From Octopus bimaculoides (taxonomy: Eukaryota), in NCBI RefSeq assembly GCF_001194135.2, contig NC_069001.1, forward strand, positions 32,868,780 through 32,932,779: a stretch of DNA of 64,000 nucleotides, read 5' to 3'. The notes beneath the pieces are model-generated. The model had not been told where the DNA came from, made no database searches, and worked only from the letters and a program-made list of their open reading frames with translations. Shown one piece after another: positions 1-13,602 of this stretch (positions are counted from its first letter, which is position 1; every line of letters starts with the position of its first letter). The position numbers and the translations under genes are program-made.

Positions 1-784
1 GGACTTATTAGAAGGCCCTGTTTTTTTAATTAATTAATTTGTTTAATAATTATCAATTCTAGTTTGACTATTTTTATTTCGTTTTTCTTGCAGTTTGGTT
101 ACAAGCATCTTAATGCTGTGTAGTTCCTTACCCGTTTCAACATTTTAGTACTGTCCAAACTTGTTTCAGCAAGGAAGCAATTAAGGTTATTTTTAATGAA
201 ATGTAATAATTAGATCATTTCATTTCCATTCATTAGGCGGATTTGGGGACGGGGCAATGCAGTGGGATGAAGAAAAACAAAAGAAACATTATTTCTAACT
301 GGAATGTTTTGTTGTGTTTCTCTTAATTTGGGTGATTGATCGTTTCTATTGTTGCTTCATTGAAATTATCAGTTGTGTTGAAAATAGAGTGATGCTGATT
401 ACAAACTTTAATTTAGTTCTTTAAAGTGCCCAATTACGAATCCAAAAATAGGAGGTTCAAGCATTGCTTAAGCCTTTTGACACCAATCCACTCAAAACTA
501 CTCTTCGTTCTTTGATTTTAAGTGCCTATTTTAAAGTTAAGCTTTCCATCAGCATTTCATGTTGAATTATGTTCCAAGCACAAGCTTAATATGGACAGTT
601 ATTTTATTGGGCATAGCTGTGTGGTAAGAAGCTTGCTTTCCAATTACATGGTTCCAGGTTCAGTTCCACTGGATGGCTTCTTGGGCAAGTGTCTCTTACT
701 ATAGCCTCAGGCTGGCCAAAGCCTTGTGAGTGGATTTGGTAGATGGAAACTGAAAGAAGCCTAAATGCCTGTCGTGTGTATGTT

Positions 785-826
<42 letters not shown>

Positions 827-830
827 TATA

Positions 831-970
831 TTTTATAAGCTTAAAGCTTATAAGCAAGCAATCACCATGTATTGACTAAAGAAAATAGTCTAACATTGGG
901 GCATATAAGCCCTTGATGGAAAAGTGTAGGGTCTCCATCAAGGGCTTATATAAGCTTCAAGCTTATAAAA
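831..970. mobile_element. 140-bp nested-palindrome element inserted in the (TA)n tract of a SINE
   Basis: 22-bp terminal inverted repeats (831-852 / 949-970, 1 mismatch), each itself palindromic; internal perfect 18-bp hairpin (903-920 / 934-951). Confidence 0.7.
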
Positions 971-2625
971 TATATATATCCCATCCCTGCTTGACAAGTG
1001 GTGTCGGTGTGTTTACATCCCTGTAACCTAGCAGTTTGCCAAAAGAGACTGATAGAATAAGTACTAAGCTTAAAAAGAAAATGCGTTTTTAGTTGATTCA
1101 TTTGACTTAGAATTCTTCAGGGTGGTACCCCAGCGTGGCTGCAGTCCAACGACTGATACAAAGAAATGAAATTTTTTTCCAAAGTCAGTTAAAGCAAAGA
1201 GAGTGTATTTCAATAGAAATGAAAAGGTTAATTAAAAGATTTTGCATTATGCCTCTATGTGAGAGATTATGAGTCTTGCCTCTGTTCGTTAGAAGTGTCT
1301 TGAGGCAATCGTTAAGTTTATCCCTTGCCTTCGCTGTGTTACTGAGTAAGTGTTGGAAGTTCGTGGAGCTGTTTACTTTGTTGACGAGTAAAGGATTTTG
1401 TCTCTGTTGCCCTAAGACGACTAGATTTGAAGCATGCGTAAGAAAAAGTTTGATGATGTGTGATAAAGTAAGATATGTAGATGTAGACGAATGAATGTGT
1501 GTGAAGATTAGAGAGAAATTAGTTTTTGTTGGATGTGGTGTGATACTAACTTATGTGTGAAAAGTGGAACGCATCAAGAAGAAAAAAGTCAGTGGTTGTA
1601 CATTATTAAACATGATAACCAGATATGTGTTTGTGTGTATGTATGTGTCTATATGCGTTTGTGTGTGTGTCGGTATGTGTTTGTGTATGTGTATATGTGT
1701 GTGTGTATGTGTGTGTATATATATGTGTATGTATGCATGTTTGTGTGTGTGTATATATATATATATGTAATGTATATGTGTGGGTATACATGTGTATATA
1801 TGTGTGTATGTGTATGTATGTATATATCTGTGTGTGTGTGTAGATTTTTATGGCAGGAAATATGATTGCACTGTATTAATGGCTGTGTGATGGGGATGGT
1901 TAATGAGTGCTGNNNNNNNNNNNNNNNNNNNNNNNNNNNNNNNNNNNNNNNNNNNNNNNNNNNNNNNNNNNNNNNNNNNNNNNNNNNNNNNNNNNNNNNN
2001 NNNNNNNNNNNNNNNNNNNNNNNNNNNNNNNNNNNNNNNNNNNNNNNNNNNNNNNNNNNNNNNNNNNNNNNNNNNNNNNNNNNNNNNNNNNNNNNNNNNN
2101 NNNNNNNNNNNNNNNNNNNNNNNNNNNNNNNNNNNNNNNNNNNNNNNNNNNNNNNNNNNNNNNNNNNNNNNNNNNNNNNNNNNNNNNNNNNNNNNNNNNN
2201 NNNNNNNNNNNNNNNNNNNNNNNNNNNNNNNNNNNNNNNNNNNNNNNNNNNNNNNNNNNNNNNNNNNNNNNNNNNNNNNNNNNNNNNNNNNNNNNNNNNN
2301 NNNNNNNNNNNNNNNNNNNNNNNNNNNNNNNNNNNNNNNNNNNNNNNNNNNNNNNNNNNNNNNNNNNNNNNNNNNNNNNNNNNNNNNNNNNNNNCAAGAA
2401 ATTAGCAATTTTTTCTTTTACTTTCTATTCTTTTACTTTCGGGTTAAAGAGACTTTCTAGGGGCAGGCATGGTTATGTGGCAAGATATTTGCTTCCCAAT
2501 CAAATGGTTTTGGGTTCAGTCCCACTGCATAGAACCTTGGGCATTTGTTTTCTACTATAGTCCCACATCAATGAAAGCCTTGTGAGTGGATTCAGTAGGT
2601 GGAAATTGAATGAAGCCCATCATAT

Positions 2626-2659
<34 letters not shown>

Positions 2660-2661
2660 AT

Positions 2662-2775
2662 GGACCAAGATACTTGGTGCGTTACTGTACTTGGCAAAGG
2701 ACCAAGATACCTGGCACCTTACTGTGCTTGACAAAGGACTGAAGTACCTGGTGCCTTTCTGTACTCAAGAATACC
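2662..2775. repeat. 37-bp tandem repeat, about 3 copies
   Basis: GGACCAAGATAC... units start at 2662, 2699 and 2736. Confidence 0.75.
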
Positions 2776-4945
2776 TGTACTCTACAGCAGAAGTGTTAAG
2801 GCCACTCCCTCTGGTGAAGAGAATTGGCCTACAAGAGTCCTTTGCCGGTGCCATGTAAAAGCACTCATGTGTCAACCCCTGGACATTACTGGCTTCACTC
2901 TTAGGACTAACAGGGCCAGTTACTCAGTTTGTTTAAGTGACCAAGATCACAACATTCCTCCTGGTTGGGATGCCAGTCCTTTGCAGAGTCACTCTTTTCC
3001 AGCTGAGTGGACAGAAGAGTTTGGAAATGAAGTGTTAAGTGTGCCAAAACTGCAAACACTTACAGACCAAATGGCCTATATATTATAGATACTAGAACTG
3101 CCAAGAGAATATTTATAGAGTGTATCTATCATACCAACGCATTCTGTTATGTTGTTTTTATTGATTTCATAATTCTTGGATTATTTATTAACACAGTGTA
3201 TAAAGCTATTTAAATTTATGGGGAGACATTGGCAGTGTTGATAGAGAACTTGACAAAATAACTTGTGCTCTTTGCTCACACCCCTTTATGTTAAGAGTTC
3301 AAATCTCACTGCGGTCAACTTCACCTTTTATCCTTTTAGGAACTCCTAAAATACAGACGGTTTGATTTTAATCAACTCTTTTATCCCCACCAAAATTTGT
3401 GGCTCTATACCAGCGTTTCTCAGCCGTTTCTTTTTTTTTTTTTTTTTCCTATGGACCCCTTTGAAAGTTCTTNNNNNNNNNNNNNNNNNNNNNNNNNNNN
3501 NNNNNNNNNNNNNNNNNNNNNNNNNNNNNNNNNNNNNNNNNNNNNNNNNNNNNNNNNNNNNNNNNNNNNNNNNNNNNNNNNNNNNNNNNNNNNNNNNNNN
3601 NNNNNNNNNNNNNNNNNNNNNNNNNNNNNNNNNNNNNNNNNNNNNNNNNNNNNNNNNNNNNNNNNNNNNNNNNNNNNNNNNNNNNNNNNNNNNNNNNNNN
3701 NNNNNNNNNNNNNNNNNNNNNNNNNNNNNNNNNNNNNNNNNNNNNNNNNNNNNNNNNNNNNNNNNNNNNNNNNNNNNNNNNNNNNNNNNNNNNNNNNNNN
3801 NNNNNNNNNNNNNNNNNNNNNNNNNNNNNNNNNNNNNNNNNNNNNNNNNNNNNNNNNNNNNNNNNNNNNNNNNNNNNNNNNNNNNNNNNNNNNNNNNNNN
3901 NNNNNNNNNNNNNNNNNNNNNNNNNNNNNNNNNNNNNNNNNNNNNNNNNNNNNNNNNNNNNNNNNNNNNNNNNNNNNNNNNNNNNNNNNNNNNNNNNNNN
4001 NNNNNNNNNNNNNNNNNNNNNNNNNNNNNNNNNNNNNNNNNNNNNNNNNNNNNNNNNNNNNNNNNNNNNNNNNNNNNNNNNNNNNNNNNNNNNNNNNNNN
4101 NNNNNNNNNNNNNNNNNNNNNNNNNNNNNNNNNNNNNNNNNNNNNNNNNNNNNNNNNNNNNNNNNNNNNNNNNNNNNNNNNNNNNNNNNNNNNNNNNNNN
4201 NNNNNNNNNNNNNNNNNNNNNNNNNNNNNNNNNNNNNNNNNNNNNNNNNNNNNNNNNNNNNNNNNNNNNNNNNNNNNNNNNNNNNNNNNNNNNNNNNNNN
4301 NNNNNNNNNNNNNNNNNNNNNNNNNNNNNNNNNNNNNNNNNNNNNNNNNNNNNNNNNNNNNNTATATATACTTATATATATATATATATATTTATACTTA
4401 CATATGCATGTAGTTACATGCACATGTGTATGTATATTTGCATGCACATGTAATGTATAAATACATTTCATATATACATACGTATTGTTACTTGTATATA
4501 CTTGTGTGTGTATGTGTGTGTGCATGAATATGTACTTACATATTTATGTATATATTTACATATCAGCATACACCAATATATCTAAATATATATTTACATG
4601 TAAACCTGTATGTATGCATGTTTTCACACATGTCTGCATACATATATACATACGTACACACTATTATTGTTTGTATATATATATACATATAACTGTGTAT
4701 AGATTTACATCCATGTCTGTAGTTAGATGTACACATACATACATAGGTACAGCTTTGTTGATGTTGCTGCAGTGAAATGAGGATTTAACCTAGATGTCTG
4801 TGTGTGTGTGATTGGTTTTATCACAAGACAGTCCAGGCTAGGAGTCTTGTCAGTGGGGGGCGTCTGTTGCTTTTCATCTTTCCAAAGGATCAATTGAATA
4901 AATAATAAAACCAGTGGTAAGTTATTTAATTATTGTCCCTTTTCT

Positions 4946-4986
<41 letters not shown>

Positions 4987-5349
4987 TCACATACAAATGC
5001 ATGCACACACGTATGCACACACACACCCACCCACACCACACTTTCTCTTTCTCTCTCATACACACAACCACACATACTCTCTCTCATGCAGTTATACTTA
5101 CACTTGCGCACACGCATACACACAATAACCTTGAAACTATTGAAAAATCCCACCCCCAGTCTCTCACCCTCTTTCTGATATTGTGTTTTCAGTCTCTATA
5201 CAAATGTTTTTAGAGATATTCAGATATTCATTATTAGCTCATATATATATATATATATATATCACTAACAATGAAATATTATATTATATTTTATATATAT
5301 ATATATAAATATATATTTTATTCCGTTAATGATATATATATATATATGG

Positions 5350-5380
<31 letters not shown>

Positions 5381-5529
5381 TACACAAGGTAGTACATGAG
5401 ACTTAGATTGCCCTGTGTATATGTGAGAAAAGAACACACAATGCTGCACACCCCCCAGCAACATGGGGGTGTAACAGGTGATGCAGTAGAAATTTACCTG
5501 AAACTACCAAATGTTTAATAATACTTGTT

Positions 5530-5897
5530 GGCACTCTGTCGCTTACGACGTCAAGGGTTCTAGTTAATCCGATCAACGGAACAGCCTGCTCGTGAAATTA
5601 ACGTGCCAGTGGCTGAGCACTCCACAGACACGTGTACCCTTAACGTAGTTCTCGGGGATATTCAGTGTGACAAGGCTGACCCTTTGAATTACAGGCACAA
5701 CAGAAACAGGAAGTAAGAGTGAAAGAAAGTTGTGGTGAAAGAGTACAGCAGGGTTCACCACCATCCCCTGCCGGAGCCTCGTGGAGCTTTAGGTGTTTTC
5801 GGTCAATAAACACTCACAACGCCCGGTCTGGGAATTGAAACCACGATCCTATGACCGCAAGTCCGCTGCCCTAACCACTGGGCCATTGCGCATCCAC
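5530..5897 (-). mobile_element. tRNA-derived SINE family C, near full length
   Basis: Minus-strand head TGGCCCAGTGGTTAGGG...GGTTTCAATTCC (A/B boxes); core GTGGCTGAGCACTCCACAGACACGTGTACCCTTAACGTAGTTCTC shared with copies at 16555-16860 (-), 35600-36150, 49500-50040 and 52210-52520. Confidence 0.8.
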
Positions 5898-5930
5898 TGT
5901 TTAATAATAATAATGATAATAATAATGATG

Positions 5931-5969
<39 letters not shown>

Positions 5970-6997
5970 TTCTCTACTCTAGGCACAAAGTTTGAAATTT
6001 TTTTAGAGGAGGGAGCTAGTTGATTACGTCAGCCCCTGTGCTCAACTGGTATGAAAGAGAAAGTCAACTTTGGCAACATTTGAACTTGGATGGTAAAGCT
6101 GTAGGAAATGCCATTGGGCATTTTGTCTGGGGGTTGTAATAAATTTATTTGACCTGTGTTAACAATGACCTTAATTATATCTGCATTGTTTCTTTTTTTT
6201 TTCTATTTCCTGTATGTGTTTATTAATTTGATGGGTTTTTTTTATCCTAAGATCAAAGTGAATTTAAGCTCCTATATCCCATAAATAACAGCAAATCAAA
6301 CAAACCACATTATATAAACATCATAACAAAGCGCTCTTCTTCTTCTTCTTCTTCTTCTTCTTCTAGTTTCTCTTTTTGTTTTACTTCTGTTGTTGGTTCA
6401 GTTCAAAAATGTTTCCTCAACTCTTTATCTCCCCCCCCCCCGTTGCCTTATCAAAATATCATCAAGGTGAAGGATGAAATAAACCAACAATTTCCTCTTA
6501 TCTCTATCTCTTTCTCTCTCTATCTCTCTTTCTATCTCTATCTTTCCTCGTCTTTCCCATCTTCTCTCTCTTTTTCATTCTCCCCTCCTTTTCTTTATCT
6601 GTCTCTCTCTCTTTTTTCTCCCTCTCTCCCCTCTTTTAAGACACCACACCCTATCTTTTATATTCATCATACCCCCCACCCCAGCCACCTATGTAGTTGT
6701 ATTTAGTTTCTTGTAAAAAGCCACATGTGACACTGAAAGGAGCAGATCCAATAATCTCCTTCCCATCCATGGGCCACCAAACTTTAGCGACATGATCATA
6801 GTGCTAATAGGGATTTCTTATAGAGGCACAAGGCCACACATTTGTCGTGGAGGGACACAGATGACTGGTATCAACATCAGTACCCATTTTACTGTTCCTG
6901 ATGGCAGGTGAAGTCAGTTTCAATGAAATTTGAACTTAGGATAGAAGGGGATGTAATGAAATACAAGAAAATATTTTTGTCTTGTGGGGCTACAATT

Positions 6998-7028
<31 letters not shown>

Positions 7029-7093
7029 GTCACCTAGGATAAACATCTATCCTCTCTATAGCATTTTGTTCAGCTTGCTGCATAATAATAATT

Positions 7094-7096
<3 letters not shown>

Positions 7097-7141
<45 letters not shown>

Positions 7142-7423
7142 GTTTAACGTCTGCTTTCCATGCTAGCATGGGTTGGACGATTTGACTGAGGACCGGTGAA
7201 ACCAGATGGCTACACCAGGCTCCAATCTGATTTGGCAGAGTTTCTACAGCTGGATGCCCTTCTTAACGCCAACCACTCCGAGAGTGTAGTGGGTGCTTTT
7301 ACGTGTTACCCGCACGAAGGCCAGTCAGGTGGTACTGGCAATGGTCACGCTCAAAATGGTGTATTTTATGTGCCACCTGCACAAGAGCCAGTCCAGGGGC
7401 ACTGGCAACGATCTCGCTCAAAA
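7097..7423. mobile_element. Repeat family D ((CAT)n-CGTTTAACGTC...CATGCTAGCATGGGTTGGACG), young copy
   Basis: Near-identical to 24438-24740 (both give the spurious ORF MKPDGYTRLQSDL); many older copies in both orientations. Confidence 0.8.
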
Positions 7424-7969
7424 ATTTTCTTTCTACTATAGGCACAAGGCCTGAAATTTTGGGTGAGGGTTCTGGTCGATTACTTTAACCCCATGTGCAA
7501 CTGGTATTCTATTTTATTTACGCTGAAAAGGATGAAAGGCAAAGTTCACCTTGGCAGAATTTGAAGTTAGAACATAAAGACGACAGTGAGATTTGAAACC
7601 AACCACTGTTCTGACAGTGATGTCTAAACATAGGCACAAGGCCATGTCATATTTCAAATGAGAGGCATATTCTGTCATATCAAACCCAGTAAGTAACTGG
7701 TACTTATTGATCCTGGAAAAAATGAAAGGCAGTTGACTTAGACAGGATTTGAACTCACAGCATATAGACATACAATGAAATATCTGAAGGCATGAGGCCA
7801 AAAGTTTTGTATGAGGCTGTTAGGTGTGGAACTGATTTTACGGGACTTGATCTACAAAGTTCAGCCTGGTAGATCAACTTTGCCTTTCAATAGTAATAAT
7901 AATTTTTTTATTGAAAGGTAGAAATCAATGATTTATTGGAGCCAATCAGAGGGTCTTTACATACCCATT

Positions 7970-8320
7970 CAATCTGCTAGAAATAGCAGTCAACTCTCTA
8001 GCAAATCACACCCTATTTCTACAAAAAAACCTGAAGGACACATTTAAAAATATAATCAAAGATGGGATGAGAGAGCTAGTAATAGCAGCCAAATCTCATA
8101 TCACACCCTACTCCTGTCAGAAAAAAAAAAAACATCTGAAGGGCACATTTGAGAAAATGGTCTTAGATACACTAAGATGAGATGAGTGAGAGAGCACCTA
8201 CATAGCCACTCAGCCTGCTAGAAATAGTAGCCAATTCTCAAATCACATTCTATTATTGTAAAAATAATCTGAAGGGCACATTTGAAAATATAGCCCTAGA
8301 TACACTAAGATGGGATGTCA
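7970..8320. repeat. Diverged tandem triplication (about 105-130-bp units)
   Basis: CTGAAGG(G/A)CACATTT...AGATG(G/A)GATG recurs near 8032, 8136 and 8270. Confidence 0.6.
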
Positions 8321-10549
8321 CATCCGGAATTGTATTTTTCTTTTTTTGTATTTCTGTCATAGGTCTGGTCTATCATAGCTTACCCGGGGTTAAATAACCA
8401 TGGATCACTTCTTACCACTGGACAGGTTGCTTTAGCCATTCTGTCCACTTGGATATACATGTAGTAGTGATGGTGGTGGTAGTATTGTTGTGGTAGTAGT
8501 CGTGGTGGTAGTAGTAATATTTGCTGCAGTAAGCTAAAGGAGGCATTAAGTGGTAGGGCTGGGGGGGGGGAGCTGGTGGTGATAGAGGAGATGGTGGTGG
8601 TGGTGGTGGTGGTGGTGNNNNNNNNNNNNNNNNNNNNNNNNNNNNNNNNNNNNNNNNNNNNNNNNNNNNNNNNNNNNNNNNNNNNNNNNNNNNNNNNNNN
8701 NNNNNNNNNNNNNNNNNNNNNNNNNNNNNNNNNNNNNNNNNNNNNNNNNNNNNNNNNNNNTATGTATGTATGTATGTATGTATGTATGTATGTATGTATG
8801 TATGTGTGTATTTATTTATGTATGTATGTATGTATGTATATGAATTTCTGAATAGCTGAATTTTGTTGTTGCTATTGTTGTTGATGTGAAAAAAAAAAAA
8901 TAAAATTTGCAGATTTTAATATTATTTTTATGTTTCATGAAAGATCATTACTCTCTAAACTATTAAAAAAAAAAGAAAAAAAAAGAAACCCAAAGTACTT
9001 TGGTCACAAAATAAAAGCATAAGATTATAAACAAAGACTTTTATTCGAAGGAAAGATAAATGGTAGAAAACATCCAGAGAAAGATCTAGAACAAACTGGT
9101 TTGATAGCATCAAAGACTGAACGAAACTGTCATATGGTGAATGTGTAAGAATGGAGATCCTTGGTATTGAACCTGCCAAGGGCAGATGACACCTAATGAT
9201 GAGGATGAAAGAGAGTTATGAATTAAGTTTTAAACCCAGCTAATTGTATTTTGTTAAATTCTTAGATTAACATGGCCTTTGGCTTTTCCTACTCAAAAGG
9301 GATTCTGTGTATGAAGTTTCAGTACCAAAGCTTTGTTCTACCTGATCCTAATGGTAGAAGATACTCGCCCAACTGCTCAATACCATGTTGTTGTGAAGTC
9401 AGCTTTTTAACCGAACAACCTTTCCTGAACCCATGATGAATGGTAGAAGTTTTTCTGTGAAGTACAATGCATTACGTTTCTTTACACATTTAACCCTTTT
9501 TATACCAGTTTGCCCAAATCTGCACTGGTTTTATAATGAAATAGGCCAGATTCACATGACTTGGGGGTGGTTTTGGCACTGGAGTTAGAAGGGATTTATT
9601 TCTCCACTTGCGATATAAACAAGCATGCATTCTGCACCAAAAACCTACACTCGCATGTTATCTACTGCAGTAAAGTTTGTTCTAACACAACATCCACATT
9701 TAAGTGCGGTTAAATATTATCTCTCGGTTTTAATACAGCTTCTGTTGTTAATATATACTTCTGTTTAAGGTGAACTAAATTAAATCCGTCCGTCAAAATT
9801 CCATGTTAATTGACATTCCAAATACCAGCTTAGTAACGACAAATTTATTTTACTAAATACATCATTATTTTCAAAATTTATTGAAACAAACGTATTTTTA
9901 TCACAAGAGAAGTTTGGTTACAAAGGAGTTAAATTAGCTTACTTCAGAAATTATCAAATGAAGCAAAATTTAGTTTGAAAACAGCAAAGTTTGAAGGTCT
10001 GAACGCACCTCACCCAATCCACACTTCATTCTCTCTCTCTCTCTCTCTCTCTTTCTCTTTCTCATCTCTCAATTTCTCTCCTCCCTCTCTCCGCGTCTCT
10101 CTCTCTCTCTCTTCTCTTTATTGTTTGTAGCTAATGCAAAAGAATGTGTTCTGAACATAACCTGGTAACTCGTACCCCACCACCCTTGCCCCTTTGTCTC
10201 TCTTCAAACATCTTGGTAAGGATTTGCATTCTAGTTTCTCTCTTGTTGCTGTTNNNNNNNNNNNNNNNNNNNNNNNNNNNNNNNNNNNNNNNNNNNNNNN
10301 NNNNNNNNNNNNNNNNNNNNNNNNNNNNNNNNNNNNNNNNNNNNNNNNNNNNNNNNNNNNNNNNNNNNNNNGGTACTTAGATTTTGCAAGTTTTCATACG
10401 CACCTATCACACCAGGTATAAGAAAAAAACTGTACAATGCACAAATACTCTTACACATTCACCTGAATTATACTAAACATCAATATATATATATATATAT
10501 TTATATATCTTTATCTATCTATCTACCTACCTACCTGCCCACCTACCTC

Positions 10550-10580
<31 letters not shown>

Positions 10581-11191
10581 GTCTACATACATATATACAT
10601 ACATGCATACATACACAATGGGCTTCTCCTAGTCCCCGTCTACCAAATCTAGTTACAAAGTTTTGGTCTGGCCAAGGTTGTAGAAGAATACACTAGCACA
10701 AGGTGGCATGCATTGGGACTGAACCTGGAACCATGTGATTAGGAATCAAACTTCTTATCACACAGCCATGCTTGCATGTAATCTTGAAGAAGAAAAAAAA
10801 AAGAAAAAAGATTGGATAGTCATGGTTGGAATGCCTTTGATCTTAGATCTGCTCGGTCAGGCTGACCTGGAGCTAAACGAAACAACAACTTCCTGATTGT
10901 AAAACATTTTTAATATGCAATTATTGTTAAAAGAATGTTATCTCCGATTTAGGAAAAGAAAATTGTTATTTGGCCTCTGATGCAATGATTAGTTATTTGC
11001 TGCTTTATAATTAGTGATGATATAGATTAAATGAGTGATCTCACTAATTACATCAATGTTTTAAAAAACATCTTTTCTTTTCAAATATTTAAAAAATGTT
11101 TGTTATGGTGCAGGCGTGGCTGTGTGGTAAGAAGCTTGCTATCCAACCACATAGTTTCATGTTCAATCCCACTGTGTGGCACCTTGGGCAA

Positions 11192-11229
<38 letters not shown>

Positions 11230-11319
11230 GAGAGATGTTTGCAATTGGACAGGAAAAAATTAAAAATTTTTTGAATTTTCAGAAGTCTTGGAATTATGGT
11301 CTTCACCTTTCAGTTAGTT

Positions 11320-11368
<49 letters not shown>

Positions 11369-13380
11369 TTTTCCCTTTCACAACTAGGATAACCATGTAT
11401 CCCCTCTACAACAAGATACTTGCTTCTGTTCATCTATCAGGGTTTAACCACTCCTCAGGTGGTACAAAGCTACCTCCTTCAATTCCACTCCCCCCCTTTC
11501 AGTTAAGGTATTTCTCTCTTGCACGTTATGTGGTGGCTGTGCTGGTGCTGGTGCCACATAAAAAGTATTCAGTCCACTCTGTAAAGTGGCTGGCGTTAGG
11601 AAGGGTACCCAGCTGTAAAAACCATGCCAAAGCAGGCAGTGGAGCTTGGCACATTCCCCAGGCTTACCAGCTTCTGTCAAACTGTCCAACCCATGCCAGC
11701 ATGGAAGACAAACGTTAAGTGATGAGATGATGATGATGATGATTACACACACACACACACACACACATGTGTGTGCAGGATATGTTTGGTTAGGCTCTGC
11801 AAAATTTGACATTTATATGAATGATATTACTATTTGCTCTTATCTGTCGGGCTTCTCAGCCATGCAGTGCAAGTATATCAGGGTAGATCTTCGTTGACTG
11901 ACATTTAACTTTTTCCCGATCATATTTCTAATGAAAGACGCTGCTTATGTGCTTCAGTTAATTTTGAAAAGAAAAAAATTTAGAGAAATGGATTTACTTC
12001 ATCATCATTGACTCTTGATACTAACCTGCCTAATATCAAATCCATGTTTATGATATAAACTTCCTGTTTTAAAAGTGATTTAAATGAAAACCATCCATCA
12101 AAGTTTCATGTTAATTTATGTTCCAAACACCAGTTTAATGATGACAGTTATTTTTCTAAGTTCTTTTTGTTATTTTCAAAATTTATTGAAACAAAAGGCA
12201 GTGTATTCCAAGAGAAATACATTAACGAAAATGTTCAGCTTGTGTTTAGAACACAAATCAACAAGTTCTTGCATAAAATTATGAAGGAAAGTTTTAGTTT
12301 GATACTTTTGCTACCATATTTCTGTTGAAGTACAGAGTGGTTGTTTCAATTAATTTTGAATATAATGTTGATTTTAGTAAAATAATTTCAGAATTGTATT
12401 TGTCTTGCAAGTGACTTGATCTGAGACAATGTGTTGAAACTGAAGCAGCTCCATCATAGAAAAGCCATTTAATAACACACAAAACTTTTAAATTCACTTT
12501 AATTCTTCAGCATTCAGATTTCTATATCAAATGTAATGCCTGTTTATTCACATTGTTTTGAATTAACCTTGCAGTATCTTGTAACTTTGAGGTTTCAATG
12601 ATGTGACTGTATATTTTTAGAATGATACTGTATGTTAGGTGTGAGAGGCCAGATCTAGCTGGTTTGAACTTAAAAAAGGTAGAATTTAAACAGGCTATAT
12701 CCAGTCCAAGGCTGGATATGGCCTGTTTAAATGACAAAGGGTTAAATCTGTTTCATGAAGTATTGAAATTCTCATTGTTCAACAGCAGCTTGAGTCTCTA
12801 ACACAATGCTACGACAACTCCGTTGTCAATAAGCAGGTCACAGTTGTGCTGTGAAGATTTTAACCCCTCATGAAACAAATTTAAAGTGAATTTTGTGATT
12901 TTGAGTGTTTATTAAATGGCTCTTCCACAATGTAGTTGCTTAGTAAAATCATTTTGTTGAGCTGACAGAATTGTTAGCAAATCACACGAAATGCTGCTAA
13001 GCAGTGTTTGTTTCAGGTGTTTATATTCTGAGTTCATATTTTTCCCAGGTTAACTTTGTCTTTCATTCTTTTGGAGCCACTAAAATGTAATACCAATCAA
13101 GAACCAGGGTCAGTGTAATTGACTAAATCTCTGTACCTCAAATTGCTGACCTTGTGCCGAAAGTTGAAACAGTTATTAAGATAGTGTGGAACATAAACTT
13201 AAAAGGGATTTCGATGGACAGTTATAATTTAGATCATTTTAAAACAGGAAGTTTGTTAAAATCCCTAACATATTATTATTTTCAAAATTAATAGAACTAG
13301 GGTGGGGCTATCAGACTCAATAGTGTACTATTGAGCCTGATACCTCTGTCTTTGTTCTCTTATAGTATAAACACCTTTAA

Positions 13381-13602
13381 CCCTTTCGTTACCAACCCAG
13401 CTCAAAACGCCTCTGTCTGTGTAGTACAAATGTTTTGTTTTCATACATTTTGAATTAAAATCTTTCACCAAACCTTAGTCGCAATTTATGTTCCTAACAC
13501 TAGCTTAATGATAACTACATTATTTTACTAAATTCTTTGTTATGTTTAAAATTAACTGAAAGAAACACAGAGCGTCTCAAAATAAATATAGTAACGAAAG
13601 GG
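13381..13602. mobile_element. piggyBac-like (TTAA) MITE
   Basis: TTAA on both sides (13377-13380, 13603-13606); 12-bp TIR CCCTTTCGTTAC / GTAACGAAAGGG. Related TTAACCCTT...AAGGGTTAA families lie near 9490, 12500-12748, 33500-33727, 39020-39055, 43860-44054, 45830-46072 and 62050-62520. Confidence 0.8.

Noticed and set aside
1230-1505. Met-less open frame of about 90 codons on the minus strand
   Set aside because: No start codon, convincing splice sites or recognisable motif; probably repeat-derived.
5820-5897. tRNA genes at SINE heads (also near 27273, 49505 and 52210)
   Set aside because: A/B boxes are present but they run directly into SINE bodies and I could not fold a full cloverleaf.
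7186-7202. CTGAGGA-CCGGT-GAAAC (also near 24505): hammerhead-like boxes in family D
   Set aside because: Only 5 nt separate the boxes, too few for helix II, and no helix I or III pairing is present.
9990-10253. Promoter or first exon (CCAAT, CT-rich tract, GTAAGG donor near 10217)
   Set aside because: The motifs are short and common, the candidate ORF is phase 0 and incompatible with c1, and the region ends in a gap.
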